64,000 nt of DNA from NCBI GenBank assembly GCA_902635455.1, contig CACPNW010000003.1, positions 12,295-76,294 of the forward strand, read 5' to 3'. A program made the translations under genes and the position numbers. Below, piece by piece: positions 18,722 through 27,285 of the stretch. The stretch's first letter is position 1. The number at the start of each line of letters is the position of its first letter. The DNA comes from an uncultured Alphaproteobacteria bacterium (lineage in GTDB: Bacteria > Pseudomonadota > Alphaproteobacteria > HIMB59 > GCA-002718135). The notes under the pieces are model-generated. The model did not search any database. It saw only the letters and a list, made by a program, of their open reading frames with translations, and was not told the origin of the DNA.

Positions 18722-19122
18722 TTGAAAGATTTTTTTCATTCTTAAGTGGGGTTATTTTTGGAATTGGTCTTGTTGTATCAGGAATGACTAATCCTGAAAA
18801 GGTAATTGGTTTTTTAAGTATTGCTCATAAATGGGATGCATCTTTAATTTTTGTTATGGGGGGTGCAATAATAGTTACAGCACCAGTTTTTTATATTTTA
18901 AGAAACAGACAGCAGTCACTATTGGGCTTTGAAATTAAATTATTACAAAGAAATGATTTAGATAAGAAACTTTTTTTTGGAGCTTCTATCTTTGGAGTTG
19001 GCTGGGGATTGGTAGGTTTGTGTCCTGGTCCCGCGTTATCTTCTATAGCTTTATTTCAACCTATTACATTAATTTTCTTATTAGCAATGATGGTTGGGGT
19101 TATGATTAATAAATATATATAA
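18718..19122 (+). CDS. YeeE/YedE family (DUF6691-type) partner subunit
   Basis: SGMTNPEKVIGFL, WDASL, GWGLVGLCPGP; ATGA overlap with the previous gene. Confidence 0.88.
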   Translation: MIERFFSFLSGVIFGIGLVVSGMTNPEKVIGFLSIAHKWDASLIFVMGGAIIVTAPVFYILRNRQQSLLGFEIKLLQRNDLDKKLFFGASIFGVGWGLVGLCPGPALSSIALFQPITLIFLLAMMVGVMINKYI

Positions 19123-19149
19123 TTTATATTTGGTTAAACATTTCAATCT

Positions 19150-19578
19150 ATGTTTTATAAAACTAATCTACAATATATAATTTCATACCTTGGCTTAATT
19201 CCATATGGTTTAATATTTCTCAATAAGCATTTCTTTTTTTACATTGAACAAAAAATTACTTTTGATTTTATTATTTATTACACACTAATCATAATTGTTT
19301 TTATTGGCTCAGAAAAATGGAATCTGCAAAAAAAAATTCCAAACCACCTTATTATATATGGATTTTTACCAAGTCTGTTCGCAATATTTATAATAATTTT
19401 AAACTTATATTCCTATGATATTTTAAAATTATTTTTATATTTAGCTATTTTTTTAATGACTCAATTAATTTTCGATTACATTTTAATATATGCAAAATCA
19501 GCTAAAAAATATGCTTTTTATTATGTAAGATTACCACTAACCTTAATTATAACCTTGTTTTTATTGATAAAATTTTAG
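19150..19578 (+). CDS. Membrane protein, DUF3429-like
   Basis: YLGLIP, Y...I..FIG..W, YYVRLPLT pattern; several TM segments. Confidence 0.55.
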   Translation: MFYKTNLQYIISYLGLIPYGLIFLNKHFFFYIEQKITFDFIIYYTLIIIVFIGSEKWNLQKKIPNHLIIYGFLPSLFAIFIIILNLYSYDILKLFLYLAIFLMTQLIFDYILIYAKSAKKYAFYYVRLPLTLIITLFLLIKF

Positions 19579-19601
19579 AAAAACAAATTTAAACTTCACC
19601 A

Positions 19602-20582
19602 TTACCACCGATGGTGAACATCATGTTTAATTAATTCTTCATAAATTGAATTAATTTTTGGAAGTAAAGATGGAATATTTTTTAATTCTGAAGCACGCGC
19701 ATTCATGAAGGCTTGAGATTTATTTTTTGCACCTGGAATTACAACACTTACCTCATCATGCATTAGAATCCATTTAAGCGCCAGGTCTGTTAAAGTAAAG
19801 TTTTCAGGTAGCAGTTCCTTTAATTTATCAACAGCATCAAGACCTTTTTTAAAATCAACACCTGAGAATGTCTCTCCAACATCAAAAGCATCCCCATTAA
19901 TGTTGTAATTTCGATGATCATTTTGAGGAAATTTTGAAAACTGATTCATTTTTCCAGTTAACAAACCACTTGCCAGAGGGACTCTTGCAATAATACCAAC
20001 ATTTTTTTTTGCAGCTTCTTTAAAAAAAGATTCAGCAGGTCTTTGTCTAAATATATTAAATATAATTTGAATACTTTTTACGTTTGGAAACTGAATAGCA
20101 TCCATAGCTTCTGATACTTTTTCAACACTAACACCGTAGTGGGCAATTTTTCCTAACTTAACAATTTCATCCATCATTTCATAGGTTTCTTTTTTATTGC
20201 AAATTTCAGTTGGCGGGCAGTGTAATTGTAAAAGATCAATACATTCAACTCCTAAATTCATAAGAGATCTATCAATAAATTTTTCAATATTTTTAAAATT
20301 ATAACCTTCAGCAATATGAGGATCTAACCTCCTTCCTGACTTTGTAGCCACAAATATTTTTTCAGATGTAGATTTTATTATTTCACCAACAAATTTTTCA
20401 CTTCTGCCATCTCCATACACATCTGCTGTATCAAAAAAGTTAATACCTTTGTCTAAAGATGCTTTTAAAGTTTCTCTTGCATCTTGAGGTGAAACATTTC
20501 CCCATTCAGAACCTATAGCCCAACATCCCAAGCCAATTTCTGATATTTTAAATTCTAAATTAGATAAATTTCTATATTTCAT
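19602..20582 (-). CDS. Aldo/keto reductase
   Basis: GLGCWAIG, FFDTADVYGDGRSE, IDLLQLH, VPLASGLLTGK, VIPGA. Confidence 0.92.
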   Translation of the reverse strand: MKYRNLSNLEFKISEIGLGCWAIGSEWGNVSPQDARETLKASLDKGINFFDTADVYGDGRSEKFVGEIIKSTSEKIFVATKSGRRLDPHIAEGYNFKNIEKFIDRSLMNLGVECIDLLQLHCPPTEICNKKETYEMMDEIVKLGKIAHYGVSVEKVSEAMDAIQFPNVKSIQIIFNIFRQRPAESFFKEAAKKNVGIIARVPLASGLLTGKMNQFSKFPQNDHRNYNINGDAFDVGETFSGVDFKKGLDAVDKLKELLPENFTLTDLALKWILMHDEVSVVIPGAKNKSQAFMNARASELKNIPSLLPKINSIYEELIKHDVHHRW

Positions 20583-20660
20583 TTTAATTTTATATATTGA
20601 ATACTTTCTTTATAATACATTCAATTTTAGAAACATTATCAAATTAAAAATTTTTTGATT

Positions 20661-20737
20661 GTGCCCGTAGCTCAGTAGGATAGAGCACCAGATTCCTAAT
20701 CTGGGGGCCGTGAGTTCGAATCTCGCCGGGCACGCCA
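20661..20737 (+). tRNA. tRNA-Arg(CCU)
   Basis: Cloverleaf: GTGCCCG/CGGGCAC acceptor stem, CCAGA-TTCCTAA-TCTGG anticodon arm, TTCGAAT T loop, encoded CCA. Confidence 0.95.
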
Positions 20738-20808
20738 AAATTTTAGGCCAAAAGCCAAAAACTAACTCCGAAGTACTCAATAAACTTTTTTATGTTATTA
20801 TATAATTT

Positions 20809-21528
20809 ATGAAAATTGATTTTAAAAAAATCAATAAAGACAAAATTGCTGCATGGGCTGTTCATGGATTTACAGGTTCTGGTGCTGTGCTTGGTTTTCT
20901 TGCAATTATAGCTATAATTAATAGTGATGCTGTTGGCGCTTTTTTGTGGCTTGGATTAGCATTATTAATTGATGGTATAGATGGAACACTAGCTAGAAAA
21001 ATTGATGTAAACAAACAAATTCCAGATATTGATGGTACAATCTTAGATAGTGTTATCGACTATCTTAATTATGTAATTATACCTAGCTTAATGATTTATT
21101 GGTTTCAAATGGTTCCAGCTGGTTTAGAATTAATTGCTCCGTCTGCTATTTTTTTAGTATCATTATATACATTTGCAAATTTAAAAATGAAAACTGACGA
21201 TTATTACTTCAGAGGTTTTCCTGCAGTATGGAATATAGTAGTTTTATACTTTTTTATTTTAGGAACAAACGGTTATATAAACATTTCAGTAATTATAATT
21301 TGTATAATATTGACATTCATACCTGTAAAATTTGTTCACCCATTAAGAGTAAAAGAGTTAAGAAATTTAACTATTTTTTTTACTATTTTATGGTCTGCAA
21401 CAACATTAAAGTTAGTAATAACCCCTTCATCAAAAATCTTTATGTTTGATAGCGCTATTATTTTTTTATTGTGGGTCTTAACATCAATTTATTTTGCTGT
21501 AATTTGTTGGGGCCGCTCAATTAAATAA
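20809..21528 (+). CDS. pcs: Phosphatidylcholine synthase (CDP-alcohol phosphatidyltransferase)
   Basis: DG-x2-AR-x8-P-x3-G-x3-D-x3-D Pcs-type signature; VHGFTGSG, FRGFPAVWN, FVHPLRV. Confidence 0.85.
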   Translation: MKIDFKKINKDKIAAWAVHGFTGSGAVLGFLAIIAIINSDAVGAFLWLGLALLIDGIDGTLARKIDVNKQIPDIDGTILDSVIDYLNYVIIPSLMIYWFQMVPAGLELIAPSAIFLVSLYTFANLKMKTDDYYFRGFPAVWNIVVLYFFILGTNGYINISVIIICIILTFIPVKFVHPLRVKELRNLTIFFTILWSATTLKLVITPSSKIFMFDSAIIFLLWVLTSIYFAVICWGRSIK

Positions 21529-21547
21529 AATATATTTAAAACTTATT

Positions 21548-21874
21548 TTAATTTTTTCCTAAAAGATTTACTAAGATTACCCCAATGATAATAAAAATAA
21601 GCCCAATAAAAGCATAAAGATTAGGCCACTGATTAAATCTTAATATTCCTAAAATAGTTGTAGCTACAATACATAGGCCCGCAAAAGTCGCATAAGTATA
21701 ACCTGCTGGAATAGTTTTCATTACTTGAGATAAACAATACATACAGAAAATAATTGTTAATCCACTTAAAAATGAAGGAATTATTTTTGAAAAACCTTCT
21801 GCTTCTTTAGCAAAAATATTAGATGCAGTACCAGAAGCAACTGCTAAAATTAAGAAAATATAAGTTAAATACAT
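21548..21874 (-). CDS. SMR/DMT small multidrug-resistance family transporter
   Basis: 108 aa, 4 TM; K.AEGF, IPAGYTYA.FAG, IIIGV; the TM1 Glu appears to be replaced. Confidence 0.8.
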   Translation of the reverse strand: MYLTYIFLILAVASGTASNIFAKEAEGFSKIIPSFLSGLTIIFCMYCLSQVMKTIPAGYTYATFAGLCIVATTILGILRFNQWPNLYAFIGLIFIIIGVILVNLLGKN

Positions 21875-21901
21875 ACTTAATTAAATAAAATCATTTATTT
21901 A

Positions 21902-22327
21902 TTATTTAAACTTTTCTGAGTAAAACCATGGAATAAATATAGTTAAAATAATATAAAAAATAAAAAAAAATATTATAGGTGTTAAAATATTAAATATTCC
22001 TATTTCAGCTATTGGTCCTAATATTGAAGCATAAATTAAAAATAAAATGTTTGATGCTAAAAATAAATAACCTCCAGCTTTTTTAAGATTATATAAAAGA
22101 TATATTCCATAAATGATTCCAATTTGTGTAATTAAAAAAATAACCATATCAATAGAGTCAGGTTTTATAACAGAATCAACACCTGGGAATGTAGTGCCCT
22201 CACCTAAATATCCAATTCCAATAAACCGATAAATAGTGTCCAAAGTATCTGCTGCCAAAAGAAAAAGCATTATCCAATAAATAAATTTAAAAGATTTAGA
22301 TTTAAGGTTATTGTTCATAATTTTCAT
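21902..22327 (-). CDS. Hypothetical membrane protein
   Basis: About 4 hydrophobic segments; tight co-oriented spacing. Confidence 0.6.
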   Translation of the reverse strand: MKIMNNNLKSKSFKFIYWIMLFLLAADTLDTIYRFIGIGYLGEGTTFPGVDSVIKPDSIDMVIFLITQIGIIYGIYLLYNLKKAGGYLFLASNILFLIYASILGPIAEIGIFNILTPIIFFFIFYIILTIFIPWFYSEKFK

Positions 22328-22341
22328 CTTTTATAAATATT

Positions 22342-22725
22342 TTATTCAAAAAATTTTTTTCGATATACTGCTATTATTAAAAAAATTAGAGTTGTCACTA
22401 TTGCTAATAAAATAGTCGCGTCAATTACTAATAAATTTTGAGCTGAAAATTCACTTTTAAACCTAGAGTAAATCAGACCTGATGTTTGTAAAAAACTTGT
22501 TAGGATAATTATTTTTAATAATTCAAATTTTCCTATTGGATTTAAATAAATTGAAAGACACCCAAAAAATAAAACACCTATAATTGAAGCGCCAATGCTT
22601 CTTAGCCATGCAATATTAGTTATTTTTGCTATAGAAATATCAACAAATAAATATGGTAAGAAAAGAAATAAAATTCCATAAAACAAAGATAAAACACTTA
22701 TTGTTAAGAAAAAATTTTTTAACAT
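22342..22725 (-). CDS. Hypothetical membrane protein
   Basis: About 4 hydrophobic segments; tight co-oriented spacing. Confidence 0.6.
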   Translation of the reverse strand: MLKNFFLTISVLSLFYGILFLFLPYLFVDISIAKITNIAWLRSIGASIIGVLFFGCLSIYLNPIGKFELLKIIILTSFLQTSGLIYSRFKSEFSAQNLLVIDATILLAIVTTLIFLIIAVYRKKFFE

Positions 22726-22747
22726 AATTAAAGATTAAGATTTTTTA

Positions 22748-22774
22748 AAACCCTCGCAATATTGGCGAGGGTTT
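22748..22774 (-). terminator. Hairpin/terminator after the proteorhodopsin gene
   Basis: 10-bp stem AAACCCTCGC/GCGAGGGTTT with 7-nt loop, 17 nt past the stop; only a short U tract. Confidence 0.7.
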
Positions 22775-22791
22775 ATATAAAAGATTTAATC

Positions 22792-23481
22792 TTATGCTGT
22801 ATCCTTAACTGCAGCATTCCAAATAATAAGACCAAAAAGAATTTTATTAACGAAATCTGCAATATTATATACTCCATTTAGAGTGTTTACATCAACACTT
22901 CCCATCATTAGGCCAAATATATATCCTAAAGGATATATTGCCCAACCTACTAAAACAATTATTCTCATTGCATTGAAAGCTGATTTAACTGAAGCAGTTG
23001 CTGAAGCAGCTTTGCTGGCTTCTCCACCAAATATTTCATAAATAATTACTGCCCAACCTATCATTCCAATAATAAAACCAATCATTGGACTTAAATAACC
23101 AGCTTCTCCTAAGTAGCCTCCAATAACCATCACTAAAGTTCCTACTAACAATCTCCAAAAAGAGTTTGCTGAAACTACGGCACCAGCAGCTACCAATATT
23201 AAATAGAATTCAACCATTTGAAGAGGAACAGTTAAAACCCAATCAATATATCTATATACAACTGGCGATTCCCCTAGTGTTACCCAAAATTCTCTCATAT
23301 AATTATAGTGAACTGCAGCAATGAAAGTAATAAGACCAGCAACAACCATTGAAGTTCTCCACTTAGCAGAAACTCTCATACCTTCATAAAAAAAGAATAT
23401 TGTAGAAGCCCACATTGCGATAGAAACTATCCAAAAAGTGATACCTACAAAATCAGTTCCTTGTAAAAAATTATGTTCCAT
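22792..23481 (-). CDS. Proteorhodopsin, blue-absorbing DTE proton pump
   Basis: RYIDWVLTVPLQMVEF (D97, T101, Q105, E108 in GPR numbering), AVHY (H75), GWAIYP, ADFVNK (retinal Lys); GAGGAG RBS before ATG at 23481. Confidence 0.95.
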   Translation of the reverse strand: MEHNFLQGTDFVGITFWIVSIAMWASTIFFFYEGMRVSAKWRTSMVVAGLITFIAAVHYNYMREFWVTLGESPVVYRYIDWVLTVPLQMVEFYLILVAAGAVVSANSFWRLLVGTLVMVIGGYLGEAGYLSPMIGFIIGMIGWAVIIYEIFGGEASKAASATASVKSAFNAMRIIVLVGWAIYPLGYIFGLMMGSVDVNTLNGVYNIADFVNKILFGLIIWNAAVKDTA

Positions 23482-23586
23482 AAAATATATTCTCCTCAAT
23501 ATCTGTAAGTTTTATAAATAAATATAACTAAAAATAAACATTAATTTATCGAAAAAACTTAGAATTAGTCTTAAAAAGTATTTAAA

Positions 23587-24840
23587 TTAAGCAAAATTAT
23601 AACTTTTTCTTTTTTCAATAGGTGTTTCTTTTACTGGTAAATGTATAATTGCTGAAAAAGCGCCAACACCAATACCTACCCACCAAACAACATTATAACT
23701 TCCATAAATATCATAAAAAAGCCCACCTAACCAAACTCCAACAAAAGAACCAATTTGATGAGATAAGAAAACAATACCATAAAGCGTTCCCATATATTTT
23801 AATCCATAAATATAACCAATAATTCCAGAAGTTAGAGGGACTGTTGCTAACCAAAGTGAACCCATAACTATAGAAAAAATTGCAACAGATGTGGGTGTTA
23901 TCGGGAGCATAATAAATGTAATTGCTGCAATTGTTCTTCCAGTATAGATCATTGAAAGTAAATATTTTTTGGTAAAGTTTTTACCTAAAGCTCCTGCTGC
24001 AAGAGATCCAAGAATATTAAATAATCCAATGAGTGCAATTGATAAAGCACCTAGAGACTCAACAGAGTTACAAACAAGACTAATTAAAGTCCCCTTTACT
24101 ATAGGGCTACTTGTCTCAACTATAAAAGCTGGGAAATGGGCAGTAATAAAAGCTAACTGAAAGCCACAAGAAAAAAAACCTAAAAAGAGCATGATATAGG
24201 TTGGATCTTTAATTGCCTCAATCAAAGCATCACTTAAATTTTCTTCAACTTGCTTTTTATTAATTTTGGGATTTGATTTTAGTAAGGGCACTAAAACAAT
24301 AGTAAGAAGACTAATTATAGCAAATACAACAAAAACTGAAGACCAGGGCATTAGGTTTAAAAGGTATGCAGCTAACGGCGGCCCCACTACTTGACCAGCA
24401 GAACCTGAGGCAGTTGTGATACCTAAAGCTAAAGATCTTTTTTCAGGTGATGCTGATCTACCTACTACTGCAAGTATAGGACCAAATCCACTTCCTGCAA
24501 TTCCAAATCCTATTACAATATTTAAAAATTGATGAGCTTCTGGAGAAGATGCAGTACTACTTATGAAAACTCCTAATGCATAAAGCAATAACCCAACTGT
24601 AATTGCTTTTCTGTCACCATATTTTTCTGCAAATGCACTAAAAATTGGAGTTCCAATACCCCATGCTAAATTTTGTATTGCAATTGCAAGAGAAAATTCT
24701 GAGCGTGCCCATAAAAACTGTTCTGCTATTGGTATCTGAAACAAACCAAAAGTAGAGCGAATAGCAAAGCTAATTAATAAAATTAAACTTCCTCCAATCA
24801 AAATTGGAGTAAATATAGATTTACTGCTTGTTAAATTCAT
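23587..24840 (-). CDS. MFS transporter
   Basis: About 12 TM; AEKYGDRK motif A, GFFSCGFQ, LSHQIGSFVGVW. Confidence 0.9.
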   Translation of the reverse strand: MNLTSSKSIFTPILIGGSLILLISFAIRSTFGLFQIPIAEQFLWARSEFSLAIAIQNLAWGIGTPIFSAFAEKYGDRKAITVGLLLYALGVFISSTASSPEAHQFLNIVIGFGIAGSGFGPILAVVGRSASPEKRSLALGITTASGSAGQVVGPPLAAYLLNLMPWSSVFVVFAIISLLTIVLVPLLKSNPKINKKQVEENLSDALIEAIKDPTYIMLFLGFFSCGFQLAFITAHFPAFIVETSSPIVKGTLISLVCNSVESLGALSIALIGLFNILGSLAAGALGKNFTKKYLLSMIYTGRTIAAITFIMLPITPTSVAIFSIVMGSLWLATVPLTSGIIGYIYGLKYMGTLYGIVFLSHQIGSFVGVWLGGLFYDIYGSYNVVWWVGIGVGAFSAIIHLPVKETPIEKRKSYNFA

Positions 24841-24890
24841 TTTTAATTAATTAATATAATGATGTAAGAAAGTATCAGTAAGATATATAC

Positions 24891-25394
24891 TTATCTACTT
24901 AATTTATCATTTAGCTGTTGAGATTCTGCCTCTTCTTTATCTGGGATAATATATGCAACTGCACAGTGTTCCAAACAATAAGGTTTGTCTTCAAATCTTT
25001 CTTTACCACAAAAATGAAATTCTACTTCGTCAGGGTGACCTTCTGGCCACTCGCAACCCCTTTTAGGCGACGCTGCAAATAAATTTTTTGTTTTAGGTTG
25101 GAATTTAATATTAGTCGTAGTTTGTTGATATTCAGCTTTATTTGTATCTGATTTATTAGGGCTTACTTGAGATTCAAAATTTAATTTAGGAATTACAGGC
25201 GATCTTGCTTTTTTTCGATCAGGCTTAACAGCCGTTCTTCTAATAGGTGAAGGGCGCCTTTCTAGACCAATACGGTGTGCCTTACCAACAACAGCATTTT
25301 TTGTAAAACCTAAGAGTTTACCTATTTGAGCTGTTGGTAAACCTTGGTCCCATAACTCTCTTAATTTTGATACATTTTCATCATTCCAGGGCAT
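24891..25394 (-). CDS. gcrA: GcrA cell-cycle regulator
   Basis: MPWNDENV..L..LW..G....QIG..LG.TKNAVVGKAHRIGL and CEWPEGHP...FHFCG...PYCLEH. Confidence 0.9.
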   Translation of the reverse strand: MPWNDENVSKLRELWDQGLPTAQIGKLLGFTKNAVVGKAHRIGLERRPSPIRRTAVKPDRKKARSPVIPKLNFESQVSPNKSDTNKAEYQQTTTNIKFQPKTKNLFAASPKRGCEWPEGHPDEVEFHFCGKERFEDKPYCLEHCAVAYIIPDKEEAESQQLNDKLSR

Positions 25395-25544
25395 ATATTT
25401 CCTTAATTCAAATTAACTTACCATATATAGTAGCTAATACTGAGTCTAATATACTAAATATATCAAACAAAAAACATAAATCTGTCATTTTTTTTAAAAA
25501 ACCTCTAAAATCATGGATAAATTAGTATAAATGTTAATAAAATA

Positions 25545-26741
25545 ATGAAAAATCTTAATAACTACAGCATAGGAATGAAAAAAGTATTATTTCGAGCTGA
25601 TTTGAATGTTCCAGTTAATAATGGGATTGTAACTGATACATCTAGGATTTTGGCAGTTAAAAAATCCATAAAAATACTCTTAGAACAAAAAAATAAAATT
25701 TTTATAATTTCTCATTTTGGAAGACCAAAAGAATACAATAAAATGCAATATTCGCTTGAATTTCTTTGTACTTATTTAGAAAAAATTTTTGAATTAGAAA
25801 AAGTGCATTTTTTAAAAAATATTGAATCAAAAGATTTTAACAAAACAATAAATGAAACTAATTATGGAGAAGTTTGTTTGATTGAAAACATCCGTTTTTA
25901 TCCAGGTGAAGAAAAGAATGATCAAGATTTTTCAAAATTTTTTACAGATCATTTTGATGTTTTTGTAAATGATGCATTCTCCGCTTCCCATCGTAATCAT
26001 GCATCTATAACTGGATTTGCTAAATATTTGCCAGCTGTTGCAGGCGATCATCTTATCAAAGAAATTTATAACATTAACTTATATTTAAAAAATTTAAAAA
26101 AACCAAATCTCGCATTGATTGGCGGCTCAAAAATTTCTACCAAAATAAAGTTGTTAAATAACTTAATTAAACTTTTTGATACCATTGCAATAGGTGGGGC
26201 TATGGCTAATACCTTCTTATTGTCAAATAATATTCAAATAGGAAGTTCATTGGTTGAAACAGAATTAATTGAACATTGTATTAAAATTAAAAATAAAGCT
26301 GATAAATTTAATTGTAAATTAATTTTACCTATTGATGTTGTTTGTTCTACTAACATTAATGATAAAAAAAATATAAGAAGTTGTAACATTGAAAATATTT
26401 TACCTAACGAAATGATTTTAGATATTGGTGAAAAAACTACAAAGATTATTTGTGATGAGATATTAAAATCTAAAATGTTAATTTGGAATGGTCCTTTTGG
26501 AGCTTTTGAAACTAAGCCTTTTGATGAAAGCAGTAAAAAAATTGCAAATATTATAAAAAATTCGTCAAAAAATATTAATCTAGATGCATTGGCTGGTGGA
26601 GGAGATACAGTATCTTTTATTAGAAATGCTAATGCAGAAGATGGATTTAAATATATTTCAAATGCAGGCGGAGCTTTTTTAGAGTGGCTTGAAGGTAAAC
26701 AATCCCCCGGTGTAGTTGCGTTAAAAGAAAATAAACTTTAA
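25545..26741 (+). CDS. pgk: Phosphoglycerate kinase
   Basis: RADLNVP, SHFGRP, ENIRF, NDAFSASHR, GGSKISTK, GGAFLEWLEGK. Confidence 0.95.
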   Translation: MKNLNNYSIGMKKVLFRADLNVPVNNGIVTDTSRILAVKKSIKILLEQKNKIFIISHFGRPKEYNKMQYSLEFLCTYLEKIFELEKVHFLKNIESKDFNKTINETNYGEVCLIENIRFYPGEEKNDQDFSKFFTDHFDVFVNDAFSASHRNHASITGFAKYLPAVAGDHLIKEIYNINLYLKNLKKPNLALIGGSKISTKIKLLNNLIKLFDTIAIGGAMANTFLLSNNIQIGSSLVETELIEHCIKIKNKADKFNCKLILPIDVVCSTNINDKKNIRSCNIENILPNEMILDIGEKTTKIICDEILKSKMLIWNGPFGAFETKPFDESSKKIANIIKNSSKNINLDALAGGGDTVSFIRNANAEDGFKYISNAGGAFLEWLEGKQSPGVVALKENKL

Positions 26742-26744
26742 TTA

Positions 26745-27284
26745 CTATTCAATATGGTATTTTTTGATTAGAGGAAACTGCGTCATAGTAAAAATAAATG
26801 TTATTGGCAAAATACCAAAAACCTTAAAACTTACCCAAAATTCTTCACTCATGGTTCTCCAAACAATTTCATTAAGAATCGCAAGAGCGATAAAAAAAGC
26901 TATCCATCTTATAGTTAAAATATTCCAACCATCATCTTTAAGTTTTAGAGCAGTTCCTAGTAAATATTTTAAAAGAGGTTTTTTAAAAACTATTCCACCA
27001 TACAAAATAGCTGCAAACATAATGTTAATAATTGTGGGTTTCATAAAAATAAAAATTTTATTATCAAATATTATTGTTAAGCCTCCAAAAATAATAACTA
27101 TTCCGGCTCCAAGAGTAGGCATAATAGGAATTTTTTTTTCTAAAATATAAGATACAAAGACAGCAATCACAGTAGCTACCATAAGAGGTAATATTGAATC
27201 TATTAAATCTCCACTAATTTTATAATATATAAAAAATACCGCTAATGGACCTACATCAATTAAAAGCTTAATAAATGAATTCAT
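26745..27284 (-). CDS. yciB: Inner membrane septation protein A (YciB/IspZ)
   Basis: D.GPL.VFF, FGGLT, MKPTI, LNEIVWR, WVSFKVFG. Confidence 0.9.
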   Translation of the reverse strand: MNSFIKLLIDVGPLAVFFIYYKISGDLIDSILPLMVATVIAVFVSYILEKKIPIMPTLGAGIVIIFGGLTIIFDNKIFIFMKPTIINIMFAAILYGGIVFKKPLLKYLLGTALKLKDDGWNILTIRWIAFFIALAILNEIVWRTMSEEFWVSFKVFGILPITFIFTMTQFPLIKKYHIE

Positions 27285-27285
27285 G

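Noticed and set aside
15500-22730. Prophage or integrative element at tRNA-Arg(CCU)
   Set aside because: No integrase, transposase or phage gene, and no long duplication of the tRNA 3' end was seen
25403-25416. CtrA box upstream of gcrA
   Set aside because: Spacing is TTAA-N6-TTAA rather than N7, and TTAA is very frequent at this base composition
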